Source: Acaryochloris marina MBIC11017 (GTDB lineage: Bacteria; Cyanobacteriota; Cyanobacteriia; Thermosynechococcales; Thermosynechococcaceae). From it: a stretch of DNA of 32,000 bases. The position numbers and the translations under genes are program-made. The DNA is taken from assembly GCF_000018105.1 (NCBI RefSeq), contig NC_009925.1, forward strand, positions 3,360,001-3,392,000, read 5' to 3'. Shown here piece after piece: positions 9,783 to 17,449 of the stretch. Under the pieces are notes generated by a model. The model ran no database searches. It was not told the DNA's origin and worked only from the letters and a program-made list of their open reading frames with translations. Within the stretch, counting starts at the first letter, position 1, and each line of letters begins with the position of its first letter.

Positions 9783-10610
9783 ATGAAAATAACACGTATA
9801 CTGAATAAAATTGATCGACGTTTTCATCCTTCTCATATCTATGCGCTTCAGCCAGATCATGATTTGCTGAGAGAGAATAGAACCTATAGAGAAGCGAAAG
9901 ATATTGTTCTTTTGTCTTATCCCAGATCTGGCAATACATGGCTGAGACGATTGCTAGCTAACTCGATTTTGGAAGCTCAACAATACCCATCTTCCATTCA
10001 ATCTGATATTCCTTTTGAAACAGTGGTCCCGTCGATTTATACGCAAAGTATCAAACCACCCTGTTTGCACCGTTATGATGAGGTCTGCCACCGCATTGTT
10101 AAAAGCCATGAGCATAGAGATGCACGAAAACATAAAACGGTCTATTTATTTCGGAACCCTGTGGATACGTTGGTCTCTTGGCATCACTTCGTTTCCAATT
10201 CTCCGAGCCTCTTACAGCAATTTCCTTGGGTGGTAGATCTTTCTATTGATGAGTTTTGCCTGAATGCCGTAGACGGCTGGGCCAAGCATATTCAACAGAC
10301 GCGTCATTATAAAGACATCTTGTTGGTGGAATACGAACACTTATTTCAGTACCCCCATCAGATGCTGGCCAATATTTTGGATTTTTGTCGTATTCCCCGG
10401 AGCAATATTGATCTAGATCAGATTATTGACAACCAATCGATTCGCAAACTCAAGTCTGTGACCCATTCTCAAGAGCTGAGAAAAGGCGGAGTTGGACATG
10501 GCGAAGTTGAATTGCGACCCAGTACCGTCACTGAGCTACGGCAGTATCAGCAAATGCTCAATGTTGCCTGGAAACCTCAAGTGGAACGTAGTCTGATGAC
10601 TGCAATGTAG
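9783..10610 (+). CDS. PAPS-dependent sulfotransferase (Sulfotransfer_1-like), stand-alone
   Basis: 5'-PSB loop in SYPRSGNTWLRRLL and 3'-PB motif in LFRNPVDTLVSWHHF. Preceded by about 460 nt of very AT-rich DNA. Confidence 0.85.
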   Translation: MKITRILNKIDRRFHPSHIYALQPDHDLLRENRTYREAKDIVLLSYPRSGNTWLRRLLANSILEAQQYPSSIQSDIPFETVVPSIYTQSIKPPCLHRYDEVCHRIVKSHEHRDARKHKTVYLFRNPVDTLVSWHHFVSNSPSLLQQFPWVVDLSIDEFCLNAVDGWAKHIQQTRHYKDILLVEYEHLFQYPHQMLANILDFCRIPRSNIDLDQIIDNQSIRKLKSVTHSQELRKGGVGHGEVELRPSTVTELRQYQQMLNVAWKPQVERSLMTAM

Positions 10611-10768
10611 ATTCAGCATTAGGCTGAACTCATTTGTCATAGATGGCGAGGTGAGCCCAAGCTCGTGACCAGCTTGTTCTTGTTCCGGTTTTGAAAAGAA
10701 CAGGATTTGCCTGGGCAACGCGACGATTCTGGGTGAATGGATCGGGCTGTGTCCCAAACTGCTAGCTT

Positions 10769-12388
10769 TTATGGAGGATCTTCGTTAGGTGCAGAACTAG
10801 GAGAGGTAGGGGTTGGTAGTGGCACAGGAATTACAACGGGAGATTGTATCGGCGATGGTTCGGGGCTAGGGCTGAGAGTGGGTTCTTCGGGTTGTGTGGG
10901 TTCGGGGCTGGGACTTGGCTCTAATATTGGTTCAGGGGGTTCCGTGGGAGTTGGGGTTGGGGTCGGAGTGGGTGTAGGGCGCTCTAAGTCAGTGATTTTA
11001 CGCTTAGCAGCGAAGTAAATGGGATCTGCTCGCCTATCCCAATAAGGATTTTGGGGCAACTTAAACGCCAAGTCTCGGGCAACGTACCATCGTTGGGCAT
11101 CAAAGGCCGTTTTGGCGCGATTGAATAGGTCTTGTTGTTGTTGCCATGCCGTTTGCCAGTTCTGGATTTGGGTTTGGGCTGCTTCGGCGCTGTCGCTGTT
11201 GCTGGGAATCTGGTTTGCGATCGCAATGGCTGCATCTAAATCTCCAGACTGTCGGGCTTCTTGTTGGGCCTGCTCTAAGAGCGTCGCACCATTATCGACA
11301 TTGGCAACTTGGGGTTGAAGAAACGGGAATAGCTCATCCGTCACCCCCCAGTAGGTGAGGCCGACCATGCCTAGACCCATGACTAAGGCCATAGCGCCAA
11401 AGCCGAACACCCAGGGGGCACAGCCAGACGATTTCGCGACAGGTGGGGATGGGCGCTGTGGTGGACGGGCAGGCGTCGGTGAGGCAACCACTTGGGTGGG
11501 CTCTAGGGCCGATGTTGCTGACTCTAGGGGAGGCTTGAAGGGCTTAGGCGTGAGCTGTGCGGCTGTTTGATCAGTAGTCTGATGGAGGGCTTGTAACGCA
11601 TCAGCAGCGGTTTGATAGCGCAACTTAAAATAGGGTCGCACCATTTGAGTGAGGACCTGGGCTAATGCATCACTCACCACCGCCTGATCTCGCCAAATTA
11701 GCTCACCATCGACATCTTCTTGAAATCGAGAGGGAGGCCTACCGGTCAGGGCTTGAATACCGATAATCCCTAGAGAATACAGGTCGCTGTTGGCACGGGG
11801 TTTTCCTTGACTTTGCTCACTGGCCATATATCCGGGAGTGCCCACAACCACGGTGATATTGGTTTGTGGATTGGTGACTAAGCCTTGGTTACGGACCTGT
11901 TTGACAGACCCAAAATCGACCAAGACCAGCTTCTGATCGGCTCGACGACGGATAATATTTTCGGGTTTGATATCGCGATGAATCACCCCTTGGCTGTGGA
12001 TAAAGTCCAAGACTTCTAGAACTTCGGACAGCAGGGATTTGACCTGTGATTCGGGCCATTTTTCCCCTAGGATCAGCTCATCCGTGAGCGGGGCTCCCTC
12101 AATCAATTCTTGGACTAGGAAAAAGTCTTGATCTTGCTCAAAAAAGGCGAGTAGTCGGGGAACTTGATGGTGATGGCCCAACTGTTCTAAGGTTTCAGCT
12201 TCACTGCGAAATAGGCGGCGAGCCACTTCTAAAAACTCTGGGTCGCTGCTGGCAGGCTGTAGCAATTTAACGACACAAGAGGGATTGCCGGGGCGTCTTG
12301 TATCCTCAGCAATATAGGTTTGCCCAAATCCCCCTACCCCCAGAGACTGTACGATGCGATAGCGCCCATCTAACGTTTGCCCAATCAT
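10769..12388 (-). CDS. Membrane-anchored Ser/Thr protein kinase with an extracytoplasmic domain and a Pro/Thr/Ser/Glu-rich tail
   Basis: Hanks kinase motifs GVGGFGQTY, VVKLL, HRDIKPENI, DFGSVK and GTPGYMASEQ. A Pro-rich linker leads to a TM segment (WVFGFGAMALVMGLGMVGLTYW). C-terminus contains PTPTPTPTPTPTEPPEP.... Confidence 0.92.
   Translation of the reverse strand: MIGQTLDGRYRIVQSLGVGGFGQTYIAEDTRRPGNPSCVVKLLQPASSDPEFLEVARRLFRSEAETLEQLGHHHQVPRLLAFFEQDQDFFLVQELIEGAPLTDELILGEKWPESQVKSLLSEVLEVLDFIHSQGVIHRDIKPENIIRRRADQKLVLVDFGSVKQVRNQGLVTNPQTNITVVVGTPGYMASEQSQGKPRANSDLYSLGIIGIQALTGRPPSRFQEDVDGELIWRDQAVVSDALAQVLTQMVRPYFKLRYQTAADALQALHQTTDQTAAQLTPKPFKPPLESATSALEPTQVVASPTPARPPQRPSPPVAKSSGCAPWVFGFGAMALVMGLGMVGLTYWGVTDELFPFLQPQVANVDNGATLLEQAQQEARQSGDLDAAIAIANQIPSNSDSAEAAQTQIQNWQTAWQQQQDLFNRAKTAFDAQRWYVARDLAFKLPQNPYWDRRADPIYFAAKRKITDLERPTPTPTPTPTPTEPPEPILEPSPSPEPTQPEEPTLSPSPEPSPIQSPVVIPVPLPTPTSPSSAPNEDPP
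10944..10979. repeat. Hexanucleotide-type coding repeat encoding (Pro-Thr)6 in the kinase tail
   Basis: The + strand reads gtgggagttggggttggggtcggagtgggtgtaggg, which is the reverse complement of CCNACN repeats. Confidence 0.8.
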
Positions 12389-12392
12389 GTTT

Positions 12393-13313
12393 TTAGTGAA
12401 ACTTTAGCCATCCATGCCCAGCATAACGGGGAGGAAAGATATGGGGATGAAATATCTCCGCTAAAAGTTCCATGGAATCCACGAGTCGAGGGCCGGGGCG
12501 ATTGAAATATTGATTGCCATCTGTAAGATATACTTGCTGGTTTTGTACGGCTTGTAGCTGCTGCCATTGGGGCTGTTGGGCCAGCTCTTGAGTCGCCTGG
12601 GCTGTTTGCTCTAGATTAAAGCCACAGGGCATACAAACGATCATGTCTGGATTGGCCGCAAGCAGTTGTTCCCAGGTTAACCAGCTCGAATGTTGACCAA
12701 TTGTTCCTAGACAGGGATCGCCTCCAGCCAGATTCACCAGTTCAGGGACCCAGTTTCCTGCAATCATCAGTGGGTCGGTCCATTCAATACAGGCAACGGT
12801 GGGGCGATGTTCAATGTTTTGGCGCTGCTGACAGGCTTTGATGCGTGCCTGGAGCTGCTGAAGGATCGATTGGCTATCGCATCCAAGGGCAATGGCAACT
12901 CGTTCCATATCCTGCCAAACATGGGCTAACAGACTGGGCTGGAGAGAAATCACTTGGGTGGTTTGGTCTGTAATCTGTGTGAGTGCCTGCTCGACTTCTG
13001 CTAAACTCACCGCACAGACTTCACATTGGGCTTGGGTGACAATATGGGTTGGCTTAAGCTGTTGGAGCTGCTCCAAATCTAAACGATAAATGCCGAGTGC
13101 CGACTGTAACAGCTCCATGACTTGATTATGGATGTCTCGGCTGGGCTGTTCGGCATTGAGATTGGCGGCCGTGCAAACCGGTAGAGTTCGCACCTGTTCT
13201 GGATAGTCACATTCATGGGAGCGGCCCACTAAATGGCTACCGCATCCCAAAGCCGCTACGATTTCTGTCCCACTCGGGATTAGAGAAACAATCCGCAGGT
13301 CTGACCGTGACAT
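12393..13313 (-). CDS. BtuF/FhuD-fold (Peripla_BP_2-like) binding protein without a signal peptide, predicted cytoplasmic
   Basis: Starts directly with the first beta-strand motif RIVSLIPSGTEIVAALG ... LVGRSHECDYP, and later ...NRPGPRLVDSMELLAEI. No hydrophobic N-terminus. Its stop is 4 nt before the kinase start codon. Confidence 0.75.
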   Translation of the reverse strand: MSRSDLRIVSLIPSGTEIVAALGCGSHLVGRSHECDYPEQVRTLPVCTAANLNAEQPSRDIHNQVMELLQSALGIYRLDLEQLQQLKPTHIVTQAQCEVCAVSLAEVEQALTQITDQTTQVISLQPSLLAHVWQDMERVAIALGCDSQSILQQLQARIKACQQRQNIEHRPTVACIEWTDPLMIAGNWVPELVNLAGGDPCLGTIGQHSSWLTWEQLLAANPDMIVCMPCGFNLEQTAQATQELAQQPQWQQLQAVQNQQVYLTDGNQYFNRPGPRLVDSMELLAEIFHPHIFPPRYAGHGWLKFH

Positions 13314-13323
13314 TCAGGTGTGC

Positions 13324-13542
13324 TTACTCAATCGTGATCGACTGAGGTCCTCCACTATTAGACTGAGGAGGGTTATCGGTAGGGTCAGAATCATCGTGAG
13401 GTCTCCTCTTTTGATCCAACCAACTTTTGACGGGATCGTCATTGAGGTCTAGACGGAAAAGACCTGAAGCGAACCCTCCCATAAAGGCAACGGGTTTACT
13501 CACAAATTCTTGAAACAGGGGCGTTAATTCGTCCAAAAACAT
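13324..13542 (-). CDS. Small hypothetical protein (72 aa)
   Basis: Clean ORF 10 nt upstream of the binding-protein gene on the same strand. Amphipathic N-terminal half and an acidic/Pro-rich tail. No motif recognised. Confidence 0.5.
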   Translation of the reverse strand: MFLDELTPLFQEFVSKPVAFMGGFASGLFRLDLNDDPVKSWLDQKRRPHDDSDPTDNPPQSNSGGPQSITIE

Positions 13543-13621
13543 CTCTGTGTCTCATTCAGATTACTACTGTAATGGTAACGCGACTCCCTGGATCAATTGC
13601 TGCTAATTTGTCGTCCTTGAG

Positions 13622-14008
13622 TTAAGCGGCCTGCTGCTGTTGGGCGCGATAAACCTGGGAGTAGGTATTAATTAAAGGCATTCCGTAGGCAGACACCACA
13701 TGAAAAGCCTGATTGTGGGTATGGAGTTGGGACTGCACATAGGGACTTTGAGCAATCAGGGCACAGGCTCGTTCAGGAGGCTCACCTTGAATTAACGCTT
13801 CTGCCAATACGCCCCGATCTAGAGTTTCTCCCATGTCTGGATATAAAGAGACGATGGAATAATACTCGTCATAGGTTGACCCTAGACAAAGATACCCGAG
13901 ATCATGATGGGCTGCATGGGCGAGTTCAACGTAGCGATTCCGTATGGTTGAGCAGGATGGTGTCTGGGTATCGAGCACGGAAGCCTCCTCGAAAGTGCAG
14001 GTTGTCAT
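13622..14008 (-). CDS. Hypothetical protein (128 aa)
   Basis: ORF on the same strand as the downstream three genes, preceded by a tandem-repeat promoter region. No motif recognised. Confidence 0.5.
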   Translation of the reverse strand: MTTCTFEEASVLDTQTPSCSTIRNRYVELAHAAHHDLGYLCLGSTYDEYYSIVSLYPDMGETLDRGVLAEALIQGEPPERACALIAQSPYVQSQLHTHNQAFHVVSAYGMPLINTYSQVYRAQQQQAA

Positions 14009-14066
14009 TGGGGCTGATGGATTTGAAGCAAAATTAGGGAAGGATAGTTATCCCCAGTGAAGAATA

Positions 14067-14110
14067 ACTATCCCTGAGTGCAAGTGAGACTATCTCTGAG
14101 TGCAAGTGAG
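14067..14110. repeat. Tandem 22-bp direct repeat (2 copies, 1 mismatch), with a degenerate third copy at about 14044-14066
   Basis: ACTATCCCTGAGTGCAAGTGAG (14067-14088) and ACTATCTCTGAGTGCAAGTGAG (14089-14110). They lie 59-102 nt upstream of the start codon at 14008. Confidence 0.9.
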
Positions 14111-14299
14111 GTTTAATCACTTAAGATAGCCATGGGTCTAATGTCGCAGTTCCTACCTAGGCTTGGCATCGTAAAACTACTGAATTCTGCGGGTCAAAAA
14201 TTGCGCTCAAAACGGCGTCTAGCTTCAGGAATCAGAGGCCTTCCGTAATCTCCGTATATATACGGTTGTTTGGATCAAATTTTGTCTTAAGAGTAAGAA

Positions 14300-15742
14300 C
14301 TACTCTTCATCTAGTACATCCATTTGAGGGGGGGCGTGATGGGTAGTGTTCTCTAGCCCCAAACGTCGCTCTCGTAGTTTCAACAAGATTTCGGCATGGA
14401 CTTCCCGAGAAATGGGATAGAAATAAGCGAGCAGTAGACCAACCAAGAGAATTAAGGTGGGGAGTGGTCCAATGGCAATTCGAATCGCCAGTAAGGCTGA
14501 ATCCGGCTGGATCGGTGGGGCTTCACCGGGGGTGGATGAGATAAACCCTGTACTTTCTAAGGCCAGACCGACTAAAAAGAGGCCCAGAGCCAGTCCCATC
14601 TTTTGGAGGAACACCATAAAGGCATAGAAAATACCTTCTCGACGTTTACCAGTTTTCAGCTCATCTAACTCAATCACATCCGGCAGCATGGACCATGGAA
14701 TCAAATAGGCGGTGGCGACCCCAACACCAGCCATCATACTCAGGACATATAGGCCGACAATTTGACCGGGCTGGAGAAAGAATAGGCCACTTTGGGCAAT
14801 AATCCAGAGGGACATTCCCATGAAATACACCATGCGTTTGCCGATTCTTTCGCTAATACTGCTCCAGACAAACAACATAATGATGGCGACGACCTGGACC
14901 AGAAGAGCAACCTGAAAATAAGCATCCTGCTTCATCCAGCTGGTGACGTAATAGGGAATGATGGCAGCCGTCAGCTGAAAGGCTAGCCAGGAGCAGAGAT
15001 AAATGCCAATGACGAATAAAAATGGACGGTTGGACAAAGCAATTTTTACCTGTTCCAGAATGGGAATCTGTTCTGCTGCTTCTGAGGTATAGCGTTCTTC
15101 AGTGCCCCAAACGCACCAATAAAGAGGTAAGACGGATAGAACTGCGCATCCGAGGCCAATGGCTAAATATTGCTGACTGGGATTTTCAAACCAGTTAGAG
15201 CTAAGACCACCAATCGCTAAAGCTAGAATACTCCCACTAATGGAGAAGGCAAATCGAAAACTATTCAGACTGGTCCGCTCGTTATAGTCTTGGGTTAATT
15301 CCGGTGTTAAGGCCGTATAGGGTAAATTCACGGCTGTGAAAGCGATGTTAAACAATACTGCAATCAGTGTGTAGTAAGCAAATAAGGCCCATTGATTGAT
15401 CTCGGTATTGGCGGAAAAGTGAGGAACAACCCACTGGAGGGAAAAAAATAACCCGAAGGGAATGGATCCCCACAGCATCCAAGAATGACGGCGACCCCAG
15501 CGAGATTTAGTCCGATCGCTTAAGACACCAATGATAGGATCGTTGATAGCATCGCTAATTTTGCCGATCAAGAGAACGGCACCGGCTAGACCTGGCCTGA
15601 GACCAGCTACGTTGGTGAGAAAAATGAGTAGCGAAAATACCAAGAGGGTCGCCGTAATCCCTGGTCCCATATCTCCAGCACCATAGGCTAACTTGGTCTT
15701 GAAACTTAATTTTCCAGAATCGGGAGATATGGGGTCATTCAT
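14300..15742 (-). CDS. MFS transporter, glycoside-pentoside-hexuronide (GPH):cation symporter family
   Basis: GPH signature in DAINDPIIGVLSDRTKSRWGRRHSWML. About 12 hydrophobic segments over 480 aa. Confidence 0.85.
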   Translation of the reverse strand: MNDPISPDSGKLSFKTKLAYGAGDMGPGITATLLVFSLLIFLTNVAGLRPGLAGAVLLIGKISDAINDPIIGVLSDRTKSRWGRRHSWMLWGSIPFGLFFSLQWVVPHFSANTEINQWALFAYYTLIAVLFNIAFTAVNLPYTALTPELTQDYNERTSLNSFRFAFSISGSILALAIGGLSSNWFENPSQQYLAIGLGCAVLSVLPLYWCVWGTEERYTSEAAEQIPILEQVKIALSNRPFLFVIGIYLCSWLAFQLTAAIIPYYVTSWMKQDAYFQVALLVQVVAIIMLFVWSSISERIGKRMVYFMGMSLWIIAQSGLFFLQPGQIVGLYVLSMMAGVGVATAYLIPWSMLPDVIELDELKTGKRREGIFYAFMVFLQKMGLALGLFLVGLALESTGFISSTPGEAPPIQPDSALLAIRIAIGPLPTLILLVGLLLAYFYPISREVHAEILLKLRERRLGLENTTHHAPPQMDVLDEE

Positions 15743-15864
15743 GGCGTTACAAGATCATCTATGACCTCCAATTGTGCCCTACTCCTTGTCAATTGCCATA
15801 ACTTCTCATCAAAATCTCATGCGAACGGCTTTGGAGAGGGGCCTGCTATGAGCTGCTGGATGGC

Positions 15865-16122
15865 TTAAAATTCGGTCTCATCTCCCAGTTCTTCGATCAG
15901 AAGTTCCATTTGGCCTTGTCGATCTGCTAAGAAGGCTTCACATTGGCGCAGATAAGTAATCGCGGCTGCAAAGCGTTCAAAAACATCAGCTAAATCTAAC
16001 TGCCCTGTCTCAATTTCCGTAATGATGGTTTCGACTTCGCGGATAGTCTCTTCATACCGCCAGTCTTGGGGAAGTTCAACTCCGCTGGGAGCCGTCGATG
16101 TATCGCTGTTACCTTTCATCAT
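15865..16122 (-). CDS. xseB: Exodeoxyribonuclease VII small subunit
   Basis: 85 aa. The helical hairpin pattern FEETIREVETIITEIETGQLDLADVFERFAAAITYLRQCEAFL is typical of XseB. Overlaps the xseA stop by 14 nt. Confidence 0.85.
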   Translation of the reverse strand: MMKGNSDTSTAPSGVELPQDWRYEETIREVETIITEIETGQLDLADVFERFAAAITYLRQCEAFLADRQGQMELLIEELGDETEF

Positions 16123-17365
16123 CCGCTTCCTGGGGTGAAGACTGCAATGCCGTGACGCGAGCAGTAAAGTGGCCTTCTGCTAACTCTACCTTGAGTTCTT
16201 GATCGACTTGTAACTGTTGTGTACTTCGAACAATTTGCTGGTCGGTGGTTTGGACGAGAGCATATCCCCGTTTAAGCACTTGGGTGGGGTCTAGAGAAGT
16301 GAGCTGTTGCTGTAAAAGCTGTTGATGTTGCTGAGCCTGCCCTAATCGATGTTTAATGGCGTGGAGAAGGTGGTTTTGCAGTCGCGATCGCAATACCTGT
16401 TCCCGTTCAAACTGACGATCTATCTGCAGCCGCCGTAGGCGCGTTTTTTGATACAGCAAATGCTCATGGGCAACATCGAGCTGGCGCGTGAGAATAATGT
16501 AGAGTCGGGCAATACAATTGCGATAGTCTGTTTGCCAGTCTGTTAGACGGGGAATGCACTCAGCGGCGGCTGTCGGGGTATGGGCACATACATCGGCCAC
16601 CAGATCAGCTAGGGTCTCATCTCGTTGATGACCAATGCCAGAAATGACTGGAATGGGGCATTCTGCAATGGCCCGCACCACCCGCTCATCATTGAAACAA
16701 GCTAAGTCTTCGGTTGCGCCTCCGCCTCGGGCCACAATCAAGACCTCGGCTCTGCCGTCTTTAATCACCCGTTCAATGGCCAGCACGATCGCTTCTGGCG
16801 CTTGTTTACCCTGCACTTTGGTGGGAGAGAACAGCACCTTTAACCCAGGATGCTGAGCCTTCAGAGTGCGTTTAATATCGCCCCAAGCCGCAGCTTGATG
16901 AGATGTGACCACCCCAACCGTTTGGGGGTAGGTCGGGAGGGCTTGCTTTTGGAGAGGGTCGAATAGACCTTCACGGGTTAAGCGTTCTCGGAGCTGCTGG
17001 TAGCGCAGGGAGCGTAATCCTTCCCCGGCGGGAAATAATTGCCAGGCCATCAGCTGATACTGGCCCCGTTGAGGGTACACGCGAATACGGCCTAACGCCA
17101 GAATCTGCTCACCTACCTCTGGTTCGATGACGAGCTGGTCACAGTAGCTATTCCAAATCACACAGTGAATAGAGGCAGCTTCTTGCTGATCTTGGAGGGT
17201 AAAGAAGAAGCCACTGCGATGCCGGGCTGCACTGGAGACCTCGCCTTCGACCCAAACTTGAACTAAATATGAATCATCTTCTAGCAGTGTCTGAATATAG
17301 TCCGTTAACCCTTTAACGGACAAAACTTCCGGTGGAACTAATAAATTGGGTTGATAAGATGTCAT
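16109..17365 (-). CDS. xseA: Exodeoxyribonuclease VII large subunit
   Basis: N-terminal OB-fold pattern (VWVEGEVSS...SGFFFTLQD), catalytic region GVVTS...ARGGGATEDLACFNDE...ISGIGHQRD, and a coiled-coil C-terminus. Confidence 0.92.
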   Translation of the reverse strand: MTSYQPNLLVPPEVLSVKGLTDYIQTLLEDDSYLVQVWVEGEVSSAARHRSGFFFTLQDQQEAASIHCVIWNSYCDQLVIEPEVGEQILALGRIRVYPQRGQYQLMAWQLFPAGEGLRSLRYQQLRERLTREGLFDPLQKQALPTYPQTVGVVTSHQAAAWGDIKRTLKAQHPGLKVLFSPTKVQGKQAPEAIVLAIERVIKDGRAEVLIVARGGGATEDLACFNDERVVRAIAECPIPVISGIGHQRDETLADLVADVCAHTPTAAAECIPRLTDWQTDYRNCIARLYIILTRQLDVAHEHLLYQKTRLRRLQIDRQFEREQVLRSRLQNHLLHAIKHRLGQAQQHQQLLQQQLTSLDPTQVLKRGYALVQTTDQQIVRSTQQLQVDQELKVELAEGHFTARVTALQSSPQEADDER

Positions 17366-17449
17366 CGCAGGTTTCGCGTTCCGTCGATAGAACTATAAAG
17401 CAGGCTATCTAGCCTTCTAGCCTGTTAGACCCATGACATCTGGCCTAAA

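Noticed and set aside
9322-10620. Sulfotransferase patch as a bona fide mobile element or genomic island
   Set aside because: No integrase, transposase, tRNA target, terminal inverted repeats or flanking direct repeats are visible. Only the compositional anomaly supports foreign origin, so it is not annotated as a mobile element.
10737-11570. Gly-rich and Ala/Cys-rich + strand ORFs (10737..11018, 11112..11318, 11146..11358, 11355..11570) and 10984..11235 (-)
   Set aside because: They are antisense or off-frame to the Ser/Thr kinase gene. The Gly-rich one is simply the mirror of the Pro/Thr-rich coding repeat.
12385-13089. ORFs 12385..12567 (-) and 12892..13089 (+)
   Set aside because: They overlap the BtuF-like binding-protein gene in other frames or on the other strand, with no independent support.
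14044-14110. Tandem 22-bp repeats as a possible CRISPR array
   Set aside because: The repeats are directly adjacent with no spacers, there are only 2-3 copies, and no cas genes are present. I treat them as a promoter-region direct repeat instead.
14740-14986. Short ORFs inside the GPH transporter gene
   Set aside because: Off-frame or antisense within a well-supported polytopic transporter ORF.
16635-16856. 73-aa + strand ORF inside xseA
   Set aside because: Antisense to xseA, with Ala/Ser/Thr/Pro-rich shadow composition.
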